DNA of 64,000 bases from Candidatus Bathyarchaeia archaeon (GTDB lineage Archaea; Thermoproteota; Bathyarchaeia; Bathyarchaeales; Bathycorpusculaceae): the NCBI GenBank assembly GCA_038882955.1, contig JAVZNC010000005.1, positions 60,853-124,852 on the forward strand, read 5' to 3'. This document shows positions 56,966 to 64,000 of the stretch, piece after piece. The translations under genes were made by a program, and so were the position numbers. The notes below the pieces were generated by a model that was not told where the DNA came from, did no database searches, and saw only the letters and a list, made by a program, of their open reading frames with translations. The number at the start of each line of letters is the position of its first letter. The stretch's first letter is position 1.

Positions 56966-57414
56966 CGAGAAGAGCCAGCCTTTTAAAGTGGGCGAGGCTA
57001 AAATCACCTTGGGTTCTTCATTTTAATTCTGGGGCATGCAACGCTTGCGATATTGAAGTTGTTGCACTTTTAACGCCCAGATATGATGTTGAACGTTTTG
57101 GAATATTACTTGAACCTTCGCCAAGACATGCTGATGTTCTATTAACCACTGGTGCTGCCACCCGCCAATGTGCGGATAGGTTGAGGCGTATTTATGAGCA
57201 GATGCCTGAGCCGAAATTTGTTGTTGCCATAGGTGCTTGTGCTTGTTCAGGCGGAGTTTTTGAAGGAAATTACAATGTAATTGGCGGCGTTGATAAGGTC
57301 ATTCCAGTTAACGTTTACATTCCGGGCTGTCCACCGAAGCCAGAGGCGATAATTGACGGCATTTTAAAACTGCTTAATTCAATTAAGGAGGCAAGGCATG
57401 TCGATAAACATTAA
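56965..57414 (+). CDS. Group 4 [NiFe]-hydrogenase small subunit (NuoB-like); start non-canonical (ACG 56965 proposed)
   Basis: After the in-frame TAG at 56959: LTRRASLLKWARLKSPWVLHFNSGACNACDIE...SPRHADVL..TG...GACACSGG...IPGCPPKPE. The ORF-track start (57181) omits the CxxC ligands. Confidence 0.92.
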   Translation, partial: TRRASLLKWARLKSPWVLHFNSGACNACDIEVVALLTPRYDVERFGILLEPSPRHADVLLTTGAATRQCADRLRRIYEQMPEPKFVVAIGACACSGGVFEGNYNVIGGVDKVIPVNVYIPGCPPKPEAIIDGILKLLNSIKEARHVDKH

Positions 57415-58987
57415 TGAAATTTTGAAAGCCTTAAGTGACGCAATTGGAGATAGGATACTCCAAACTAAAACTCTGCGTCCCGAAAAAGCATATATTCAAG
57501 TTAAAGCTGGAGCCCACAGAGACGCTGTAAAAGTTCTACTCAAACAGGATGGAAATACGGGTATTTCTGCAATTACAGGCATTGACCTCGGCGAAACGAT
57601 TGAGTTAATGTATCACATTCGCATCTGTGGCACAATAATTACCATCGGAACAATTGTTTCAAAGGAAAATGCAAAAATTGAAAGCATAACCGACCTAATT
57701 CCAGGAGCGAATTTCCATGAAAGGGAAGTATCTGACCTTTTTGGCGTAACATTCGAGGGACACCCAAACCCGAAGAGACTTATTCTCCCAGAAGACTGGC
57801 CGGAAAATGTTTTCCCGCTGAGAAAGGATGTCACGACGGAGGCAAATTTTCAGAGCAAAACACAAATTTCTGGGGCTTCAAAGGATAATGAAGTTTCCAA
57901 CGGTGAAAAGCTTGTGAACATTGTGTTGGGGCCTCAGCATCCTGCCTTGATAGAACCTGAAAAGTTTTCTTTGGGAGTTGATGGGGAAATTGTGAAGGCC
58001 GTTGAGCCTAGGATTGGTTATGTGCACAGGGGAGTTGAGAAGGCTGCTGAAAGTCGCACTTACTTGCAGGACATTTACTTGGTTGAGAGAATATGTGGCA
58101 TCTGCAATGCTTGTCATGCTGCCTGTTTTTGTCAGACGGTTGAGGCAATAATGGGTGTGAATGTACCGCTTAGGGCTAGGTATCTGCGCACAATAATTTT
58201 GGAGTTGAATAGGATTCATAGTCACATGCTGCTTTTGGGTCATGCTGGTTTGGAAATTGGATATGAAACATTGTTTCACTATATGTGGCGGGATCGAGAA
58301 CCAATATTGGACATTGTTGAGGGGCTCACTGGCAACAGGATTATAGCGTCTTTTGTTACCATCGGCGGCGTCAGGAGGGACTTGAAAGAGGAAACCATTC
58401 CAAAAATTAACGCACAATTGGAAACTTTAAAGGAGAAGATGAACTTTTATAGACAGCTTTTCGGGAATGATTCAACATTAAAAATGCGAACAAAGAATGT
58501 GGGGGTTCTCAGCAAAGAGGATGCATTGAAATTGTGTGTTGTTGGTCCTGTAGCGCGGGGGTCTGGCGTGAACATGGATGTTAGAAGGGATGAGCCATAC
58601 GCAGCATATAACGAAATACCTTTTAGGGTTATCACTTATGATGAAGGTGACGCTTGGGCTAGGCTTATGGTTCGTTTAGATGAAATAATTGAAAGCATCA
58701 ACATAATACAATATGCTCTAGAACATTTGCCAGGCGGTCCCTACAGAATTAGGGTGCCAAGGATTGTGCCAGCAGGCGAAGCTATCGGACGTGTTGAAGC
58801 ACCTCGAGGTGAGTTGTTTTATTACATAAAGAGTAATGGAACGGCTTTTCCAGAGCGCGTTAAGGTGCGCACCCCAACTTTCGCTAATATCCCATCCTTC
58901 GTTAAAATCGCTGAAGGCGGCAATATTGCGGATGTGCCAGCAAGCTTTGTCAGTCTCGATCCATGTTTCTCCTGCACAGATAGATAG
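57398..58987 (+). CDS. Group 4 [NiFe]-hydrogenase large subunit with fused NuoC-like domain
   Basis: NuoC part (EREVSDLFG..FEGHP, FPLRKD); GPQHP, GYVHRG, L1 ERICGICNACH, L2 DPCFSCTDR at the C-terminus. Confidence 0.95.
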   Translation: MSININEILKALSDAIGDRILQTKTLRPEKAYIQVKAGAHRDAVKVLLKQDGNTGISAITGIDLGETIELMYHIRICGTIITIGTIVSKENAKIESITDLIPGANFHEREVSDLFGVTFEGHPNPKRLILPEDWPENVFPLRKDVTTEANFQSKTQISGASKDNEVSNGEKLVNIVLGPQHPALIEPEKFSLGVDGEIVKAVEPRIGYVHRGVEKAAESRTYLQDIYLVERICGICNACHAACFCQTVEAIMGVNVPLRARYLRTIILELNRIHSHMLLLGHAGLEIGYETLFHYMWRDREPILDIVEGLTGNRIIASFVTIGGVRRDLKEETIPKINAQLETLKEKMNFYRQLFGNDSTLKMRTKNVGVLSKEDALKLCVVGPVARGSGVNMDVRRDEPYAAYNEIPFRVITYDEGDAWARLMVRLDEIIESINIIQYALEHLPGGPYRIRVPRIVPAGEAIGRVEAPRGELFYYIKSNGTAFPERVKVRTPTFANIPSFVKIAEGGNIADVPASFVSLDPCFSCTDR

Positions 58988-58998
58988 TGGGATGCAGA

Positions 58999-59988
58999 AT
59001 GAGTTTTGATTTTGAGTTTTTGTTTCGTGTGTTGATTTTTCCAGGCTTCACTTTCATTTTATTTTTCACAATGTTTTGCGATTGGATTGAAAGAAAGATT
59101 GAGGCGCGGATGCAGAATAGGATGGGGCCCACATATACTGGTCCACTTGGCGTTTTTCAACCATTTGCTGACTTTGTCAAACTTTTGACTAAGGAGGACA
59201 TTGTTCCATTTAACGTAAAAGATTTCGCTTTCAAATTCACTCCGATTTTCTCTTTCTCGATTCTTGTCTTCTCATTTGTCTTCTTGCCAATCGATGGGGC
59301 AAACATTATTTTTAATTCAAACTTTGAAGGCGACTTAATTATTGTTCTAACATTAGTTTCAATTGCCAATTTCTTTCTTTTCCTTTCAGGGTGGTCTTCA
59401 TTTAACCCTTACAGTGCGACAGGTGCTGCGCGGATTTTAACTCAGTTTTTGGGTTATGATATTCCTCTTTTCATTCTTGCATTGGCTCCTGCCTTTTTGG
59501 CTAAAAGTCTTAGTTTTTCAGTTATTGCCGCTGATCAGGATGTGCCATTTGCCTTTATAATTCCATGGGCTTTCGTTTTGTTTATTATTACGCTTCAAGC
59601 GGAGTTGGAGAAAGATCCGTTTGATGTTCCGCATGCTGAGACGGAGATAGTTGGTGGATACGAAACTGAATATACGGGTAGAAGATTGGCTTTTCTTAAA
59701 CTTGCTAAAGACGTGCAAATAGTGCTTGGTGCAGCCATAGTCGTTGAACTTTTCTTAGGCGGCCCCTATGGGCCAACTTTTTATGGTCCATCTGCTCTGT
59801 GGTATACGTTGTGGTTTACGCTTAAACTACTCGTGGTTGTGGCACTTACAGAGTATTTGACATGTGTTTTTGCGAGGTTGCGTATTGATCAAGTGCTTGT
59901 TGTCAACTGGAAAGTGCTTCTGCCTTTAGCGTTTCTTTCTCTTGCTGCGGCTGTTGGCGTGGGCTTGTGGTTTAACCTGTTAAGGTGA
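58999..59988 (+). CDS. NuoH/HycD-like membrane subunit
   Basis: ERKIEARMQNRMGP, QPFADFVKLL.KE, PFDVPHAETEIVGGYETEY, ARLRIDQ. Confidence 0.93.
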   Translation: MSFDFEFLFRVLIFPGFTFILFFTMFCDWIERKIEARMQNRMGPTYTGPLGVFQPFADFVKLLTKEDIVPFNVKDFAFKFTPIFSFSILVFSFVFLPIDGANIIFNSNFEGDLIIVLTLVSIANFFLFLSGWSSFNPYSATGAARILTQFLGYDIPLFILALAPAFLAKSLSFSVIAADQDVPFAFIIPWAFVLFIITLQAELEKDPFDVPHAETEIVGGYETEYTGRRLAFLKLAKDVQIVLGAAIVVELFLGGPYGPTFYGPSALWYTLWFTLKLLVVVALTEYLTCVFARLRIDQVLVVNWKVLLPLAFLSLAAAVGVGLWFNLLR

Positions 59989-59994
59989 AAGTGA

Positions 59995-60372
59995 ATGGCT
60001 AAGTTATCGCCAATTTTGAAGGAAGCGTTGGTTCATCTTTTTAAGAAGCCTGCAACTCAGAAATATCCAGAAGAGAAGCCGCGTGTTCCCGCCGGTTTCC
60101 GCGGCAGACAAGTATTTGATATAAATCTCTGCATTAGTTGTGGCTTGTGCGCTAGGGATTGCCCCGCAAAAGCTATTGAAATGGTTGAGGTTGATGGAAA
60201 GTCGAGGCCGCTTTTTCATTTAGACCGCTGTATATTCTGTTATCAGTGTGCTGAAAGTTGTCCCAGAAACGCTATTAAAGGTTCGGAGATTTTTGAGTTG
60301 GCCTCAACAAATAAATCTGATTTGGTTGTAACGCCTAAAGCAAACTATTCAGTGGAGGCGCTTAAAACATGA
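59995..60372 (+). CDS. NuoI-like 2[4Fe-4S] subunit
   Basis: T.KYP, FRG, CISCGLCARDCP, CIFCYQCAESCP. Confidence 0.93.
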   Translation: MAKLSPILKEALVHLFKKPATQKYPEEKPRVPAGFRGRQVFDINLCISCGLCARDCPAKAIEMVEVDGKSRPLFHLDRCIFCYQCAESCPRNAIKGSEIFELASTNKSDLVVTPKANYSVEALKT

Positions 60373-60833
60373 TTGTTGAATTGTTTGCTGTTGGATTAAT
60401 TGTTTCGGCCTGTTTGGCAATCTACCTTGATGAGGCAGTGTATTCTGTTGCTTCTTTGGCTTGCATGCTTGTTTTAATGGCTGTTTTGTATGCCTTAAAT
60501 GATGCTTTTTTTGTGGCTATTTTTCAGTTGGCTGTTGGCGCTGGAGCTTTGGCTGTTCTCTTCTTGGCTGGCGAAATGCTAAGTGAGAAACCAGAAAAGG
60601 AGAAGTCCTTAAAGAAAATTTCTCTTATTGCTTTGCTTGCGGTTGTTTTGTCTCTTCCGTCAATTTTTTTGTCTGTCGCGGTTACGCCAGCTAATGTTTC
60701 TCCAAGTCTTTCTTTTGCTGATGCGCTCTGGAATTTGAGAGCCATCGACGTAATACTACAGGGTTTGGTTATAATGACCGTTGCTCTAGGCATTGCGATA
60801 GTCCTACATGAGCGAAATGATGGTGAAAGCTGA
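60369..60833 (+). CDS. NuoJ-like membrane subunit
   Basis: Hydrophobic; A.FVAIFQLAVGAGALAVLFL pattern; operon position. Confidence 0.82.
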   Translation: MIVELFAVGLIVSACLAIYLDEAVYSVASLACMLVLMAVLYALNDAFFVAIFQLAVGAGALAVLFLAGEMLSEKPEKEKSLKKISLIALLAVVLSLPSIFLSVAVTPANVSPSLSFADALWNLRAIDVILQGLVIMTVALGIAIVLHERNDGES

Positions 60834-61162
60834 TGGATTACATGATTTTGTCGGTTATCTTGCTCGCCGTTGGCATTTACGGCCTGTTGACTAAGCGTCA
60901 CATTGTTAAAGTGTTAATCTCCATCGAAATCATTGGGGTGGCGGCGTCAATGAATTTTGTGCTGTTAGCCTCTTCTTTGAATAGGGCTTTAGGCGAAACA
61001 TTTCTAATACTTGCTTTTTCCACGGACACATGCGTAACCGCCATAGTATTGGCTTTGCTGGTTATAGCCGTCAAAAAATATGGAACATGCGACATTAGAA
61101 AACTGGCAGAAATAGAGCGAAGCGCAGATGAGGAGCAGACAAATTTTGAAGCTGAACCGTGA
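60833..61162 (+). CDS. NuoK/MnhC-like membrane subunit
   Basis: GIYGLLTKR..VKVLISIEI; three TM segments. Confidence 0.88.
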   Translation: MDYMILSVILLAVGIYGLLTKRHIVKVLISIEIIGVAASMNFVLLASSLNRALGETFLILAFSTDTCVTAIVLALLVIAVKKYGTCDIRKLAEIERSADEEQTNFEAEP

Positions 61163-61191
61163 AAAATCTTCGAATTTGTGTAATGCTAAGG

Positions 61192-62553
61192 TTAAATGTT
61201 CAAGTTTAAATTTAAGAAAGCAATTTCAAACCATAAAACCAAGGATGCCACGGTAACCTCAATAATTGACACGACCGACCCGATTTTCAAATAGTCCTTA
61301 AGCCTTATTTTAACGCCTTTTCGGCGCATTGTTTCAAGCCACATTAAAATTGCTAAAGACCCGAGAGGGAAAAAGTGTGGGCCCAAGTTGTTTCCAATGA
61401 TGTTTGAGAAGACCAGGCTTGTGAGGTTCTGCGAGTTTAGGCTGACGCTGTTTGCTGCTTGCCTTATCGATAAAAGACCGAGGATAGTCATCGGCCAGTT
61501 GTTCATGGCGCTTGCGCCGATTGTTACGACCATGCTTGGTGCAAGCACGGATAGAAACTGCGGCAATGAGAGAGTTTTTGTGAAGAGGTATGCAAAGAAT
61601 TCTACAGCGCCAGTATGCCTTAGTCCTTGAACAACTAAGAATATGCCTATCATGAAGAACAGAATGTCCCAGTTGATTTCCTTTGCTAGGCTTTTTACGC
61701 CTTTGCGCTCTTCTTTCAACATTGAAGGTTTGTTTAAGGTTGCTACATAAACTCCTAGAAGAAACAGTGCGCCGGAGCATATGACAATTGAAACTGGAAG
61801 CCTGTTCAGAGAAGCTAAAACATAGCCAATGTCGATTATAATCAGGGTTGCTATGCTTATCCTCAAAAGCGTAGGAGTTATCAACTGTCCTCCAGAGTTT
61901 AAGGCTTCCACAAGCTCCATCGAATAGGATTTTGGAACATTTTTTCTAAAGAAGACGTAAACCAGAAGGAGACTGCTAATTATGGTGGCTATGGCTACTG
62001 GTCCCATAAAGATTAGGTGGTCGATGAAGCTGTATTTGAAAAAGTCTGCGCTCACAATATTTATTGGATTGCTTGTGATTAGTGGCATTGCAGCGGTGTC
62101 AGCAATAAGTCCAGCAGAGAAAAGGTAGGCTAATCTGCCTTTAGCATCTATCTTAAGCTGAGTGATGATTTCAAGAACTATTGGCGTTAGTATAAGCACG
62201 GCGCTGTCGTTTGCAAAAAGTATGCTTACACAAGCAGTGAGCAAGGAAATGTAAAAGTAAAGTTTTAAGCCGCTTCCACCAGCCAACTTGACCACTTTTA
62301 TGGCTGCCCACTTGAAAAATCCTATAGCATCTAATGTCACCGACAAAGTTACAATTCCAATGAAGGCTAATGCGGCATCCCAAATGTCCTTAAAAGCCTC
62401 AGCTGCATCGCTTAACGTCACTGTGCCGAGCAGAAGAGAAGCTACAGCGCCTATCCCAGCAGCTAAACCCAGACTTATACCATGCGGGCGTTTAATCATC
62501 AAGAAAAGCGTTATTACGAAAATTGCCAATGCAGTCACTGAATGGTAGTCCAT
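61192..62553 (-). CDS. arsB: ArsB/NhaD-family arsenite efflux transporter
   Basis: WDAALAFIG, GFFKWAA, FANDSAVLILTP, ADTAAMPL.TSNPIN, MNNWP, IGNNLGP.F.PLGSLA.LMW. Confidence 0.88.
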   Translation of the reverse strand: MDYHSVTALAIFVITLFLMIKRPHGISLGLAAGIGAVASLLLGTVTLSDAAEAFKDIWDAALAFIGIVTLSVTLDAIGFFKWAAIKVVKLAGGSGLKLYFYISLLTACVSILFANDSAVLILTPIVLEIITQLKIDAKGRLAYLFSAGLIADTAAMPLITSNPINIVSADFFKYSFIDHLIFMGPVAIATIISSLLLVYVFFRKNVPKSYSMELVEALNSGGQLITPTLLRISIATLIIIDIGYVLASLNRLPVSIVICSGALFLLGVYVATLNKPSMLKEERKGVKSLAKEINWDILFFMIGIFLVVQGLRHTGAVEFFAYLFTKTLSLPQFLSVLAPSMVVTIGASAMNNWPMTILGLLSIRQAANSVSLNSQNLTSLVFSNIIGNNLGPHFFPLGSLAILMWLETMRRKGVKIRLKDYLKIGSVVSIIEVTVASLVLWFEIAFLNLNLNI

Positions 62554-62771
62554 TGTTATCAGCGATGCAGACTTTATTGCTCATAATAAAACTGTTTCGT
62601 TAATAATTATGCAATTTCATGAGTAAAACTGCTTAATCGCCGCCTTACGCCAGACAAAATTTAAATTGCTGACTTTATATCTCAAAAGGCTAGTCCAAAA
62701 TGGGCTAAGAAGGCGTAAAACACGAGAGGCACACAAGAGAAACTGAACATCATCTTTAAAGAAGTGAGGCG

Positions 62772-64000
62772 ATGAATTTGTTTCAATATGCGCCTTGGCT
62801 CGTTTGGGCGTTTCCAATTGTTTCCAGTCTGCTAGTCCCATTAATTGCACGTTTCAGCAAGAAGGCTAGAGATTACTTCGCCGTAACCGTGTGTTCAATC
62901 GCTGTAGCATTTGCTTTTTCCATGGTTCCAGACCTTTACTATAACGCTTTAGGAAATCCCAGTTTAACAACATCTTGGATTCCGTCATTAAACATTAGTG
63001 CAGGCGTATTTGTTGACCCGTTAAGTGTTTTGCTTGCTTGTTTGGTTACTTTCTTCGGTCTTGTGATAACAGTTTATTCTTTGGGTTACATGGCTGGCGA
63101 AGAAGGCTTGACACGATACTACTTCTTCATGCTTCTCTTTATAGGCTCGATGACGGGCTTAGTTATGTCGGACAACTTCCTTCAAATGTTCATATTCTGG
63201 GAGATGGTTGGACTCTGTTCCTATTCGCTTATTTCCTTCTGGTATAAACGCCCCGAAACAGTTCATTCAGCCACCAAAGTTTTCCTCATGACCCGTGTAG
63301 GCGACGCTTGCCTCTTAGCGGGAATATGCATCCTCTACGTAAACTTGGGCTCATTTTCCTTCAGCTATATTGCCGCGAACATTGGAAAAGTGCCAATGCA
63401 CTATTTAACGGCGGCAGCCTTTCTAATGCTTGCCGGAGCCGTCGCAAAGTCGGCACAGCTTCCGCTTCACACATGGCTTTACAGCGCCATGGAAGCACCT
63501 ACATCCGTAAGTGCGCTTCTGCACTCTGCGACAATGGTTAAAGCAGGAGTTTACTTGATTGCCAGATTAATGCTCTTGTTTGGCGCTTTAACTGCTTTAA
63601 TTCCAATGTGGTTGCCATCCGTTCTTTGGATTGGCGCAATAACAGCGTTTATCGGCGCTACTTTGGCTTTATCTGCAACAGACATTAAGGGTGTGGCTGC
63701 TTACTCCACAATAAGCCAAATAGGTTTTATGTTTGCAGCTTTAGGCACAGCATCTTTCGTTCCATCGGCTGGCTGGTTTGCAAGCTTACTTCATCTAGTA
63801 AGTCATGCGCTCTTTCAAGGTCTTGACTTTCTCTTGATAGGCGGAATCATCCATGCAACAAAAACACGCGATATACGGTTGATGGGCGGATTGCGAAAAG
63901 CAATGCCCATAACATTTGCATTCACTATTATTGTGTTATTAGCTCGTGCTGGCATTCCCCCCTTCATAAGTTTTTTTAGCAAAGAACTAATTTTCCAAAG
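62772..64000 (+). CDS. NuoL/MrpA-like antiporter subunit (runs off the window)
   Basis: Manual translation from ATG 62772: VDPLS, YSLGYM, FWEMVGLCSY.LI.FW, TRVGD, KSAQLPLHTWL..AMEAPTSVSALLHSATMVKAGVYL, AYSTISQIG. Confidence 0.93.
   Translation, partial: MNLFQYAPWLVWAFPIVSSLLVPLIARFSKKARDYFAVTVCSIAVAFAFSMVPDLYYNALGNPSLTTSWIPSLNISAGVFVDPLSVLLACLVTFFGLVITVYSLGYMAGEEGLTRYYFFMLLFIGSMTGLVMSDNFLQMFIFWEMVGLCSYSLISFWYKRPETVHSATKVFLMTRVGDACLLAGICILYVNLGSFSFSYIAANIGKVPMHYLTAAAFLMLAGAVAKSAQLPLHTWLYSAMEAPTSVSALLHSATMVKAGVYLIARLMLLFGALTALIPMWLPSVLWIGAITAFIGATLALSATDIKGVAAYSTISQIGFMFAALGTASFVPSAGWFASLLHLVSHALFQGLDFLLIGGIIHATKTRDIRLMGGLRKAMPITFAFTIIVLLARAGIPPFISFFSKELIFQ

Noticed and set aside
57398-58987. 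Annotation as NADH:quinone oxidoreductase subunit CD
   Set aside because: Both CxxC Ni-binding motifs are intact, which NuoD lacks, and no NuoEFG genes are present in the window.
1-64000. CRISPR arrays, rRNA genes, transposases, selenocysteine TGA read-through
   Set aside because: No regularly spaced repeats, rRNA-like tracts, transposase or recombinase motifs, or in-frame TGA at Cys positions were seen in manual reading.

Overview
Archaeal chromosomal segment, most consistent with a TACK-superphylum archaeon such as Bathyarchaeia (inferred from archaeal ThrRS/ArgRS, TFE, aMBF1, NAC, aTrm56, Hel308, FBP aldolase/phosphatase and tRNAs with BHB introns at non-canonical positions). It is gene-dense, with about 67 CDS and 2 intron-containing tRNAs; no integrase, transposase or CRISPR array was seen. 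Blocks: information processing (1-11 kb); two convergent deoxyhypusine synthase paralogues beside an RLAN/ATP-grasp/GCS2/YkgJ ligase module (13-18.7 kb); carbon storage (19.5-22.6 kb); a ribophorin-I-like membrane protein (24.8-26.5 kb); an Fe-S locus with a degenerate IscS, IscU and SufS followed by a MoxR AAA/vWA pair (33-39 kb); surface-glycan/dTDP-rhamnose genes (42-55.5 kb); and a complex-I-ordered group 4 [NiFe]-hydrogenase operon split by an antisense arsB (56.6-64 kb). Most notable: three unrelated genes (hflX, the GCS2 ligase, the hydrogenase small subunit) have conserved N-termini with no ATG/GTG/TTG and an in-frame ACG at the expected start. Also notable are the degenerate IscS, the ribophorin-I-like protein and an in-frame TAG in a methyltransferase. 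All family calls come from motif recognition by eye; no database searches were run.
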